The position numbers and the translations under genes were made by a program. A DNA stretch of 58,517 nt, counting the filler, from Asterionella formosa (taxonomy: Eukaryota): the NCBI GenBank assembly GCA_002256025.1. It is 7 parts of 7 records of this genome, joined end to end, with 100 filler letters (N's around TTAATTAATTAA, not from the genome) between each part and the next. Parts side by side here need not be neighbours in the genome. Positions count along the whole stretch, not along the records: positions 33,524 to 41,794 come from NKIB01012289.1; positions 41,895 to 50,156 come from NKIB01012290.1; 5 more parts are not named here. One strand, 5' to 3'. Within the stretch, counting starts at the first letter, position 1. Every line of letters begins with the position of its first letter. The notes under the pieces are model-generated. The model searched no databases, was not told the DNA's origin, and saw only the letters and a list, made by a program, of their open reading frames with translations. Shown here piece after piece: positions 36,337-46,703 of the stretch.

Positions 36337-39300
36337 TCAAGAAAACAAACTTGGATCATTTTCTTTCAACCGTTTTGCAGATATTTCCAAACATGCTTCA
36401 GCACTCATGACCTTGTTGTTATCATTATTCACAACCAACTGTTCAAGTGTTGCACAACCATATTCTTGCAGATCAGCATTGGAGGAATGGGTTCTCATTG
36501 CTGACAGAATCACGTTAATACCTCCTGCTTCAACAATTGTCACCCTGTTTTGGTCATTGTTCACAGCCATGTTGCTAATTGCTACACAACCATAGTATAG
36601 TAAATTAGCACAGGAGAAATGATTCTTCATAGCAGACAGAATCATAGGGATACCTCCTTCTGCAGCAATCACTACCTTGTTGTATACATTTTCTGCCAAC
36701 ATCCCAAGTGTTCCACAGCTATATTCTTGCAGACCAGAATTGGAGGAATGAGTTCTCATTGCTGATAGAATCACATTGATACCTCCTTCTTCAACAATTG
36801 TCACCCTGTTCTTGTCATCCTTCACAGCCAAGTTCCGAAGTGCTGCACAACCATATTGTTGCACATCCGCATTGGAGGATTGAGTCTTCATAACAGACAG
36901 AATCGTGTTGATACCTCCTGCTTCAGCAATCGTCACCCTGATCTTGTCATCATTCTCTGCAAAGGCCTTGGCATTATCATCACCAATTGATTTGTCTGAA
37001 AGAGAAAGTTTAAACAAGTGTGGATCATTTTCTTTCAACCGTTTTACAGATATTTCCAAACATGCTTCAGAACTCATGACCTTGTTGTTATCATTATTCA
37101 CTGCCAACTGTTCAAGTGTTGCACAACCATATTCTTGCAGATCAGCATTGGAGGATTGGGTTCTCATTGCTGACAGAATCACATTAATACCTCCTGCTTC
37201 AACAATTGTCACCCTGTTTTGGTCATTGTTCACAGCCAAGTTGCTAAGTGCTTTACAACCAAAGTATAGTAAATTAGCAGAGGAGAAATGATGCTTCATT
37301 GCAGACAGAATTGTAGGAATACCTCCTTCTGCAGCAATCACCACCTTGTTGTAGTCAGTTTCTGCCAACATCCCCAGTGTTCCACAACTATATTCTTGCA
37401 GACCAGAATTGGAGGAATGAGTTCTCATTGCTGACAGAATCACATTGATACCTCCTTTTTCAACAATTGTCACCCTGTTCTTGTCATCAATCACAGCCAA
37501 GCTTTGAAGCTCCAAGAGACCTTCGTTTTGTTTACGACCATTCTGCTCATTCCTTCTCATCTCTACAAGAATTGCAGCAATTGGAGATGAAATTGTGGAT
37601 GTTGGAATTTGATGTAAAAGATCTTTTAAGAAAGCCTTTGCAATATCCTTTGCAGATTGATTGCTGTTTGATGTACCTCCTAGATGAAGTTTACTCAAGA
37701 CAGTATTTACCTCAAGAGCCTCAACAATGGCATTGGTGCCATCAATACCAATTGAATTCATACTGAGACAAAGGCAAGTCAAGACAGTATTGACCTTGAG
37801 GGCCTCTGCAAAAGCCTTGGCACCATCATCACCAATTGCATTATCAATGAGTTCAAGATCATACAAGACAAAATTGACCTTGAGGGCCTCTGCAATGGCC
37901 TTGGCACCATTTGCACCAATTGAATTAAAACTGAGATCAAGTTTAGTCAAGACAGCATTGACTTTGAGGGCCTCTGCAATGGCCTTGGCACCATCAACAT
38001 GCACTGAATTTGTAGAAAGATCAAGTGTAGTCAAAGTAGTATTGAGCTTGAGGCCCTCTGTAATGGCCTTGGCACCATCATCACCAATTGAATTATTGAT
38101 GATCTGAAGCTTTGTCAAGACAGTATTGACCTTGAGGGCCTCTGCAATGGCCTTTGCGCCATCAGCACCAATTCGATTATGGCTGAGATAAAGCTCATTC
38201 AAGGTAGTATTGACCTTGAGGGCCTCTGCAATGGCCTTGGCACCAGCAACGCCAATTGAGTTCCTACTGAGATCAAGTACTGTCAAGACAGTATTGACAT
38301 TGAGTGTCTCTGCAAAGGCCTTGGCATTATCATCACCAATTGATTTGTCTGAAAGAGAAAGTTTAAACAAGTGTGGATCATTTTCTTTCAACCGTTTTAC
38401 AGATATTTCCAAACATGCTTCAGCACTCATGACCTTGTTGTTATCATTATTCACAACCAACTGTTCAAGTGTTGCACAACCATATTCTTGCAGATCAGCA
38501 TTGGAGGAATGGGTTCTCATTGCTGACAGAATCACATTGATACCTCCTGCTTCAACAATTGTCACCCTGTTTTGGTCATTGTTCACAGCCAAGTTGCTAA
38601 GTGCTTTACAACCATAGCATAGTAAATTAGCAGAGGAGGAATGATTCTTCATTGCAGACAGAATCGTAGGAATACCTCCTTCTGCAGCAATCACCACCTT
38701 GTTGTATACATTTTCTGCCAACATCCCAAGTGTTCCACAACTATATTCTTGCAGACCAGAATTGGAGGAATGAGTTCTCATTGCTGACAGAATCACATTG
38801 ATACCTCCTTCTTCAACAATTGTCACCCTGCTTTTGTCATCATTCACAGCCAAGTTCCGAAGTGCTGCACAACCATATTGTTGCACATCCGCATTGGAGG
38901 ATTGAGTCTTCATCACAGACAGAATCGTGTTGATACCTCCTGCTTCAGCAATCGTCACCCTGTTCTTGTCATCATTCTCAGCCAAGATCCAAAGTGCTGC
39001 ACAACAATAGTGTTGAACATTAGCATTGGAGGAAAGAGTCTTCATTGCAGACAAAATCATAGTGATACCTCCTTCTTCAGCAATCGCCACCTTGTTGTTT
39101 TCATTACTGTCAGCCAAGTAAGCAAGTGCTGCACAACCATACTCTTGCACATTAGCAGTGGAGGACTGAGCCTTCATTGCAGACAGAATTGCAGTGATAC
39201 CTCCTGCTGCAGTGATTGCCACACTGAAGTTGTCATTTACAGCCAACTTCCAAAGTGCTCCACAACCGTATTCTTGGACATTATCATTTTTTGGATGATT

Positions 39301-40029
39301 CTTCATTGCAGACAGAATCATAGGGATACCTCCTTCGTAAGCAATCGTTACCTTGTTGTTTTCATTCTCAGCTAAGTTCATAAGTGCTCGACAACCATAC
39401 TCTTGAACATTAGCATTGGATGAATAAGTCTCCATCCCTGACAGAATTGTAGTGATACCTCCTTCTTCAGCAATCGTCACCTTGTTGTTGTCATTATTCT
39501 TCGCCAAGTTCGCAAGCTCCAAGAGACCTCCTTTTTGAATGTCAGCATTCTGTTCATTCATTTGCATCTCTGAAAGAAGTTTAGCGATCGTAGACGAAAT
39601 TGAGGTGGTTGGAATTTGGGTTGAAGGCTGAGATTGTGTTGCTGGTGAAGGAGGCTGCAGAGGGATTGGAGTTGTTGGAGCAGGAGGCCCTTGGGTTTTC
39701 ATGTGATCATGATCGCATCTAGGATAGCTCTCTCGCATAGTCTTCCAACCTCCAAACCTTTTCTTTTCGCGAAGCTGAATGTCTGGATGATGAGGAAAGA
39801 GTCCATTCCTTGCGTGATCTGCTCGTGCGGCATGCTCAAAAGCATCATGCAGTTTGACTGTAGCTGCCGTGTCGTTTCGTTGGACGTGTGATGTTGTAAC
39901 GCCTTTTTCTTTGTTGTTGTGATCGTGTTTGTGCCAGAGTCCATTCTTCAAATACTCTACTCGTACGCCATACTCATCCAGAATTGCAGCATCATGGTGG
40001 GGGGCGTATGAACCACTGAAACTCGCCAT
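36337..40029 (-). CDS. 1230-aa armadillo-repeat plus RI-like leucine-rich-repeat mosaic protein
   Basis: Intronless ORF. ~44-aa ARM units (IAEEGGI..ILSAM..HSSNA.VQEYGC.AL..LA) at ~38420-39600, ~37080-37590 and ~36400-36958. 28-aa LRRs (LDLS.NSIG.DGAKAIAEALKVN) at ~37680-38360. Confidence 0.9.
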   Translation of the reverse strand: MASFSGSYAPHHDAAILDEYGVRVEYLKNGLWHKHDHNNKEKGVTTSHVQRNDTAATVKLHDAFEHAARADHARNGLFPHHPDIQLREKKRFGGWKTMRESYPRCDHDHMKTQGPPAPTTPIPLQPPSPATQSQPSTQIPTTSISSTIAKLLSEMQMNEQNADIQKGGLLELANLAKNNDNNKVTIAEEGGITTILSGMETYSSNANVQEYGCRALMNLAENENNKVTIAYEGGIPMILSAMKNHPKNDNVQEYGCGALWKLAVNDNFSVAITAAGGITAILSAMKAQSSTANVQEYGCAALAYLADSNENNKVAIAEEGGITMILSAMKTLSSNANVQHYCCAALWILAENDDKNRVTIAEAGGINTILSVMKTQSSNADVQQYGCAALRNLAVNDDKSRVTIVEEGGINVILSAMRTHSSNSGLQEYSCGTLGMLAENVYNKVVIAAEGGIPTILSAMKNHSSSANLLCYGCKALSNLAVNNDQNRVTIVEAGGINVILSAMRTHSSNADLQEYGCATLEQLVVNNDNNKVMSAEACLEISVKRLKENDPHLFKLSLSDKSIGDDNAKAFAETLNVNTVLTVLDLSRNSIGVAGAKAIAEALKVNTTLNELYLSHNRIGADGAKAIAEALKVNTVLTKLQIINNSIGDDGAKAITEGLKLNTTLTTLDLSTNSVHVDGAKAIAEALKVNAVLTKLDLSFNSIGANGAKAIAEALKVNFVLYDLELIDNAIGDDGAKAFAEALKVNTVLTCLCLSMNSIGIDGTNAIVEALEVNTVLSKLHLGGTSNSNQSAKDIAKAFLKDLLHQIPTSTISSPIAAILVEMRRNEQNGRKQNEGLLELQSLAVIDDKNRVTIVEKGGINVILSAMRTHSSNSGLQEYSCGTLGMLAETDYNKVVIAAEGGIPTILSAMKHHFSSANLLYFGCKALSNLAVNNDQNRVTIVEAGGINVILSAMRTQSSNADLQEYGCATLEQLAVNNDNNKVMSSEACLEISVKRLKENDPHLFKLSLSDKSIGDDNAKAFAENDDKIRVTIAEAGGINTILSVMKTQSSNADVQQYGCAALRNLAVKDDKNRVTIVEEGGINVILSAMRTHSSNSGLQEYSCGTLGMLAENVYNKVVIAAEGGIPMILSAMKNHFSCANLLYYGCVAISNMAVNNDQNRVTIVEAGGINVILSAMRTHSSNADLQEYGCATLEQLVVNNDNNKVMSAEACLEISAKRLKENDPSLFS

Positions 40030-40273
40030 GTTTGCTTGGTTTTCGTTGACTGGTTGGGTGGGTTGGTTGGTTTATTGAACGTGTGATGCTGTAACACTTT
40101 TTTTCTTTCTCTCTCAGCTCTTGTCGTCGTTTATGTTGTCTATGTAATTGTGATGGGCGCTGTAAACATATATACCGAGTATATACTAAAAAGGTTTACA
40201 TCGTGATGTTACGACACGACACGATGCATGCATAGACACAGGTTCCTGGTACCTGGTAGTACTGGTAAAGGTA

Positions 40274-40372
40274 CCTGTGCAAGTTGCGGTCATTTTGCTT
40301 AAATAGACAATTTGATCTAGGATAAAAATAGCTAAATCTTTAGTTCAGCAAAATTACCGCAACTTGCACAGG
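40274..40372. mobile_element. Tc1/mariner-type MITE, ~99 bp, TA target duplication
   Basis: TA-CCTGTGCAAGTTGCGGTCATTTTGCT ... AGCAAAATTACCGCAACTTGCACAGG-TA: 26-bp TIR with one mismatch. Related copies at ~8160-8220 (partial) and 46355-46451. Confidence 0.88.
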
Positions 40373-40984
40373 TACCAGGTACCAAGCAAAACGAAATGAT
40401 TTGCAAGTCGAAGGATAGGATCTCCAAAAAGCAAAAGTCGTATCTTATATTAGGCTGTTGCTAACCGTTGACCCAAACCAAAACCCAAAAACATTTTTTT
40501 TGGATTGGTTTTGGTTTTGGTCAACTGACGAAAAAACGATGCTATCGGTTTTCGGGAAATCCTAAATGCTGTCAACCACCCATCTACTGTGACGTAGGAT
40601 GACAAAACCATTATAAAAAAAGTAAAATATTCTATTAGACTACTTTTATAAATGAGATGATATTATGATTCCTATTTGGGAATTAGTTAGTTTTTCCCGC
40701 AATTTGATCGATGCTGCTGTCTTGTTGTCATCCAACTACACACCAGTTTGTATATATATAATATAGAGTTGTAAATATATACTCCAAGTGCATATTACCA
40801 GGTACATAACAACAACAAGAACATAACAACATCTGTCGATTGCCAACAATCAGCATCCTCGATCATGGTGCCAGCAGTTCTTCCAGCCAAGAGCTCTCTT
40901 TCTCCCTCTGCATGGCAAAAGCAGTTGCAACGAACTGTTGCTGTTGCTGTTCTGGACAAGCATCTAAGCCGCAAAATACGCCAC

Positions 40985-41545
40985 TTTTCGAAATTTCGTC
41001 TACGTATGAGTGTTAATTATGTGGTACTTCACATGCATTAATGCCACTCTTCACGTAAAAAAGATTACTTTTAACGGTTTCATGTGAAGTTTTAACTGCT
41101 TCATGTGAAGTTTTCACAATGAATTTTGAACGCGAGACTGAATTAGTTGATGTTTCAAATAATTCATTTGACTTTTCGAAATTTCGTCTACGTACGAGTG
41201 TTAATTATGTGGTACTACTTCACATGCATTAATGCCACTCTTCACGTAAAAAGGTTACTTTTTACAGTTTCATGTGAAGTTTTAACGGTTTCATGTGAAG
41301 TTTTAACTGTTTCATGTGAAGTTTTAACTGTTTCATGTGAAGTTTTAACTGTTTCATGTGAAGTTTTCACAATGAATTTTGAACGCGAGACTGAATTAGT
41401 TGGTGTTTCAAATAATTCATTTAGGCTAATACATTCACAACACGCATTTTACTTAATGAAATAGTAAGGATATTTGTGGTGTCTAATGTCATCCTCCATC
41501 TGAGATCAAAGTTTTACGGTTGTACACATCACATGAAGAACTCAC
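40985..41545 (+). repeat. Dispersed repeat with internal ~187-bp duplication and a 21-bp minisatellite
   Basis: CTTTTCGAAATTTCGTCTACGTA.GAGTGTTAATT starts at ~40985 and ~41172. The unit TTTCATGTGAAGTTTTAACTG occurs twice in the first copy and five times (41268-41367) in the second. Homologous to 2600-2899. Confidence 0.88.
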
Positions 41546-41794
41546 ACTTACCGGTAAAAAAGCTCCCTCTTCCCAGTTTTCATGTTATGTAGGTTATTAC
41601 CGGTACTAGGTAAATGTACTACTAGCCAGTGGTAGGCAACCCAATTTTTTTACGTGATTATTATTACTCAAAATCAACACTGGTGGAATTATGTCTACTG
41701 ATGAGGATGGTACCAGGTAGTATTGTTTGCCAAATATGTGCCGAACAAGGTCCCTTATTTTAGCTACCGGTTATTCTTATTTTTCTCTCGCCAA

Positions 41795-41894
41795 NNNNNN
41801 NNNNNNNNNNNNNNNNNNNNNNNNNNNNNNNNNNNNNNTTAATTAATTAANNNNNNNNNNNNNNNNNNNNNNNNNNNNNNNNNNNNNNNNNNNN
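41795..41894. other. Artificial scaffold linker
   Basis: N44-TTAATTAATTAA-N44. Confidence 0.97.
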
Positions 41895-42284
41895 GGTGCG
41901 TTGGTACAAACGATCAGGGGATTTGCCGGTTCCACAAACAAGGCAAGCTCTGATTACAAGATTCGACGATACCAATCACCGTGGTGACCAGCAGCCGCCA
42001 TTCCCTCTCCATGCACCTCCTCCTGTTGCTATTCCCTCTCCTTCTACAACTGCTACTGCCGATCCACCATTCCGTGATGAAGTTTGAGACTCCGCAAGCA
42101 AGTAATTAGATGCAAAGAAGCTCGAGATTAATGTAATGCATCAGAAGAATTCTCCAACGATGATGCTGCCCTGCAAAAGTGTAAAACGTAAAGTAATAAG
42201 AAAATAATTTTTGTAGTATTAACGGAGTAAAAATAAACACGGTTTGGGGGGAAAATATATACATGTACAGATAGAAAAATATGC

Positions 42285-42491
42285 ACTGTAAGCCACCGCT
42301 ATGCAATAATCTTAGTGACTTTGGAAAAATTATTTCTTCATGGCTAGATACACTGAATCAAAAATGATTCCTTAATAGTATAGCAGAGAGCATTGTCTAA
42401 CATAAGCTTTGTACTTGCGTCAAGTTTTGATCGTTGAATTACATAAATATTTTTAGTCGAAAGATAGAGTAAAATAGCGGTGGCTTACAGT
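42285..42491. mobile_element. MITE-like element, 207 bp, 18-bp perfect terminal inverted repeat
   Basis: ACTGTAAGCCACCGCTAT (42285-42302) and ATAGCGGTGGCTTACAGT (42474-42491) flank AT-rich non-coding DNA. No clean target duplication. Confidence 0.7.
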
Positions 42492-42875
42492 TTTTAAGTG
42501 GTACCCGGATGTGTGAGATACAAAAGATTGGGCCGAGCAATTTTTGTATCTCTGTCAAATTATACCCATTTTCAGTACCTGCACATGCACCTACCGCAAG
42601 AACGAATCATCATCATACGAATACCGGTACCTGGTACTGGTAGTGCGTTGAGGTGCCAGGGACATTACGGCAGAGACTAACAAAGAGCTTCGGGAAGGAG
42701 GCAGCAAGAAAAACAGACCCTGGCTGTGCGTTCTGTACATCGATGCGAGTGACTTGTAGTCGACGGGCATCAGCGGGCAACTTTCAAAGTATATAAGTTG
42801 TCATTTTCACACTATTACCTATTTAAATTCCTCCCTTACCATTCGAATCGCACGCATCTTTGCATCAATATAGAA

Positions 42876-43521
42876 ATGGCTGTGAAACGAACGTAAGTGT
42901 GCGATGAAGCAAGCTGAAGCATCGTGCAATCGACGTAATGTTAATTCCCACTATTTTCTCACCGCCAGCCTTCGTTGCAGGTTCAGGCAAGTGGACTTGT
43001 GCCTCAAGGAGGGGCACGCTGGCTACGACACCATTCATAAGTGTCCCACACCTATTGGTATGAAGACTGTCTTGCAATACGAAAAGCAAGCCACCCATTC
43101 AGCAGGAGGCACAACAACTCTGACACAACAGCAACAGACAGCCCTGGATGCCAAGAAGAAATCCAAGGCCATGAGTGTGGCCATGGGTCCAGGAAAGCAA
43201 ATTCTCATGAACGCCTTTATGATGTACATGTCTGGGAGCCAACTCAATATTTTCAGTATCAGCATCACGAGCTCGGCTATCCTGTCGCCCTTGACGGCCG
43301 TGTTTTCAATGTCAAGGACCTTTCGCTCCTTGGATGGTGTGGACTTGCAACTGCCGAAATTGATCTTTGTTGCCCTCAATCTGGTTTGGTTTGGAATGGG
43401 CATGTACAAAATGAGTTCCATGAGACTGCTCCCAACTACTAGTGCTGATTGGACTGGAAGTGTTGTTTGGAAGGACCTAATGGAATCGACCAGCATCCCA
43501 CCAATGGCCAGTTTCGAGTAA
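42876..43521 (+). CDS. EMC4: ER membrane protein complex subunit 4, two exons (42876-42892, 42981-43521)
   Basis: [32 protein letters not shown] and [16 protein letters not shown] are EMC4/DUF1077 motifs. An 88-bp GTAAGT..TTGCAG intron gives in-frame MAVKRT-FRQVDL. Confidence 0.92.
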
Positions 43522-43652
43522 ATCTATGGTATTGCATTATCTAGATTTACATATTTAACATAGGGTGGATCTTTGGTCGGATTGCATCTTGATATTTTTG
43601 GAAGAATAAAACTTTTACGAAGCTAGAGATGGATTGAAAACTTTCCAAAAGT

Positions 43653-44633
43653 CTACACTGTCCTCGCCACGGCACTTGCATAAGATACGCTAGATTCATG
43701 CATAGCCTTTACTTGCGATGATTGTTCGTATCGAATGAACTTGACTTGCAGCTCTTCCTTACCCAGAGCCTTATTGTGCTGGATGGCATGCAACCACACA
43801 GACAAAGGATGTCGCCCACAAATTGTATTCTTGGTTTCCTTTATGTAAGCAGCAAATGCTCCTGGCTGCTGCAATTCAATGTAAGACATTCCCTGGTGAT
43901 CCAGATTAGAGATATGCTGAAATATTTGTTCTGTGCCACTGCTGGCCGTTGGTTGGTAACGAAAGCGAGATCCCCAATGGCAGAAGTCTGTTGAAATGAC
44001 GGTTATGACGTCCTTTCGGGCAACAGTACTGGCCAAGACTTTGCCAAAGTGTTTTTCCTTCGTCTCGTTGATGCCTCCAATCATAATGGGTAATATTTGA
44101 ATTTTTTCAAAGACGTTCGCCTCCTTACAAGCCTTGACAATATATGGATAGTGCAATTCACCTGAGTGCTCATCTTCGTCAGTTTTCTGCGACATGGTAC
44201 TGAACTCGCGACTATCAAGTAGCTCCTTTCTTAGGGCTTGGCTAACTCGAAGGATTCCAAGTGGCGTTTCTATCATTGTGGCATTAGAGATGGCACATCC
44301 ATCAAGATACACGTGATGGGATGGGTGAAGTACGAGAATTGTGGTAATACTGTTGTTGGCCTGATATTGTTCCATGTTGAGAGCTTGTACCAGGGCATTG
44401 TAAGCCCATGCAGCAGTTGATCCTGAGTATGAAAATCCTGCATGAGGTCCAATTATGGCTCGAAGAGGAGCATTACTTGTGGAAGTCGTAATTGTATCTT
44501 CGTGTACCTTCGCCATGTAGCTTGACAACGTCGAGTTCAGCAAAGTAGGTTCGTCTTCGTACCAAGATCCAGCATGCTGCGCTCGACGAATATAGGTATT
44601 GTCACCGGACATGGAAGACTTTTTGTTTCCCAT
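43653..44633 (-). CDS. MEMO1: MEMO1-family protein
   Basis: RRAQHAGSWY, IIGPHAGFSYSG, PSHH, EDEHSGELHYP, STDFCHWG.RF.Y, NTICGRHP, SSVSYAS. Start is ATG 44633 or 44612. Confidence 0.95.
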   Translation of the reverse strand: MGNKKSSMSGDNTYIRRAQHAGSWYEDEPTLLNSTLSSYMAKVHEDTITTSTSNAPLRAIIGPHAGFSYSGSTAAWAYNALVQALNMEQYQANNSITTILVLHPSHHVYLDGCAISNATMIETPLGILRVSQALRKELLDSREFSTMSQKTDEDEHSGELHYPYIVKACKEANVFEKIQILPIMIGGINETKEKHFGKVLASTVARKDVITVISTDFCHWGSRFRYQPTASSGTEQIFQHISNLDHQGMSYIELQQPGAFAAYIKETKNTICGRHPLSVWLHAIQHNKALGKEELQVKFIRYEQSSQVKAMHESSVSYASAVARTV

Positions 44634-45334
44634 ACAGAGGACCGTAGTGGGGGATGATTGACGAGATGTAATCAGGTTTGTCAGGGGAAAACGAAACAAC
44701 CAAACGCTCGGTCCGTTTTGACAAATGATGACCATAGATTATCGCAGAACATGATTCTTCGTCTACCGGTAATAAATTTGCCCGTATACAGCTGTTAACA
44801 TACAGCGGGCTAAGGTTAGGATGTGACATCATGTCATACTGTAAACGTGAAAAAAGAATAAAATATAAAATAGTAGAATAAGAAATTTCATTGTAAGGTT
44901 TTATTGAAACTCGAATCTAATGATGAAGTATGTTGAGTTGCACTGGGGCCCATACGTAGGGGCCCCAAGGGAACGACAAGTGAGGTGAGTCCATAGTGGG
45001 ACTCTTAGGGGTTGCCGTTTGGAGGTAAAACAACCGTAGTGATGACAAGCAAGGGCAGCAATCCTTTCTGGGCTCTTAGAGGGTTTGGACTCATGTGCAG
45101 AATAGCATAGGGAAAATAGAGCATAGTGGAAGGCCAATCCATAAATAGTGAGCAAATATGAAAACAGCATGGCCATTCTGGGAGAATAACCTTGAAAGGC
45201 CATTTAATAATTGATTTTGAGAACATGGAATATTAATGACGAGAATGTGCAAGTGTCCAAATTGAAATTCTATAGTAAAGTTTCCACAAGATTAGAAAAA
45301 TGCATACGCTTGACCATCCCTATCCCGATAGCAT

Positions 45335-46328
45335 TTACATGAGCTTCTTCTTTTTGAAATAGGTCTTCAAGTAAGTAACTTGAAGATAAGTCACTGAAAA
45401 CAAAACAGCAACAGAAAAGAAGCTGAAAATACGAATTCGACTGTTGATACTATCCGCCGTTACTCTCATTCTCGCTTCCCGCTTCTCCATGAATCTCATT
45501 TCGTGCAGTATAGTATGAGCTGCCGAGATACTCACAGCAAGTTGCTCCTCTAAGGGAGTCAAATGCTTTTGTTTGATCGTTCCGTCAGTGTCATCATCGG
45601 CGGGGTCTTCACTCACCAAAACGACATCAAAGACTACATTGGCTTCGGTTATTTCTCCCAAGTTCTCCACACATATAGAATAACCGGTAGTATCTTCGTG
45701 GTGCCACGATCTATCAATCTTTCGTTGCATGTTTTCCACATGATTGACAACAACAGGTACAAACCAATTCATTTCTTGCTCCTTCAAGGCCCGAGGTTGG
45801 TTGGGTTTCCTAATAAAGAGCTTTAAGCCGGACTTATGACCTGATTCTTCGAGAAATTCATCCAACATGTTTAGGATTTCTTCATCGGGTTGCTTGGTAA
45901 ACTTTCGAGGCAAGGCACCGTCACCTTCGGATCGGTACTTCGTGAGTTCATAGACTTGATTGAAGAACCATTCTTCGACAGAAGTTGCCATATTTCCGGG
46001 AATGGGAAGGAATACCATGTGAGCATCGTCATCTTGGGGAATGTTGAAGCGGAAACACTGTCTCGAAGAAACACGAACAAGAGTTAGCTACCACTCATAA
46101 ATTGAAAGCCAAGCCGCGAGCAGTGCGTTTAATGCATATCCAATTATGCTCGGTATTTACCTTCGTCTCTTCCTCTGGGACTGACAAAATCATTGGATAG
46201 CCGAACGAACGCTCAACGATCGAGAAAAGCAGCAGACAAGCCACAAGGCTCCATCGCACTGCCGCCGTTGCCGTCATGGTCGTCCTTGGAGTTTTAGAGA
46301 CTACAATACTCCGTCTCCATGTGGTCAT
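45335..46328 (-). CDS. p24/emp24/gp25L (TMED) GOLD-domain cargo receptor, two exons (46328-46161, 46057-45335)
   Basis: Signal peptide, then a 103-bp GT..AG intron (CTAAC branch site) joining EETK to CFRF in frame, second GOLD Cys in YSICVEN, coiled coil EMRFMEKREARMR, TM helix, and dilysine tail YFKKKKLM. Start could be ATG 46277. Confidence 0.9.
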
Positions 46329-46354
46329 GATACCTGAGCACTGGTACCCAGGTA

Positions 46355-46451
46355 CCTGTGCAAAATGTAGTATTTTTGCTCAACTAAAGATTTAGCTATC
46401 TTTATCCCAGTTGAAATTGTTTATTTAAGCAAAATGACCGCATCGTGCTTG
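46355..46451. mobile_element. Diverged inverted copy of the 40274-40372 MITE
   Basis: TA-CCTGTGCAA...AACTAAAGATTTAGCTAT.TTTATCC.AG...ATTTAAGCAAAATGACCGCA is the reverse complement of that element's body. Confidence 0.75.
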
Positions 46452-46485
46452 TACTGCCACCCTTGCTGTACCTGATGGTACCAGG

Positions 46486-46677
46486 TGAAGTATCTAACTA
46501 GAAGTAGTAGTAATTATTGAATATATGAGCTTATAAATTAATCCTTATGTACAACTCATTTCCTGAACTGACATCAAAGTATAGAATGGATGTTAGTCGG
46601 GTTCTCTCATTTCCGATGTATTTGATATAACCCTAACTCTCTCTATATATATCTGTATCGATGTGCAGGATTGCTCA
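46486..46677 (-). repeat. 3' LTR of the Ty3/Gypsy element (~192 bp)
   Basis: Follows the pol stop and a purine-rich tract (GTGTGGGAGAG). Starts TGAGCAATCC and ends GATACTTCA (TGA...TCA termini). Confidence 0.65.
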
Positions 46678-46703
46678 CTCTCCCACACTTGAGGGAAAAC
46701 CTT

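Noticed and set aside
36407..39375. Antisense ORFs over the ARM/LRR gene (likewise over eIF5B, pol and TPC)
   Set aside because: Shadow frames of the real coding strand with no independent motifs.
41147..41464. ORF with repeated TVSCEVL and a CRISPR-like look
   Set aside because: It is a 21-bp head-to-tail minisatellite without spacers, inside a dispersed repeat. No cas genes, eukaryotic context.
44945..45010. GGGGCCC hairpin region between MEMO1 and p24 as an ncRNA or LTR
   Set aside because: One short stem only; no family motif, termini or second copy in the window.
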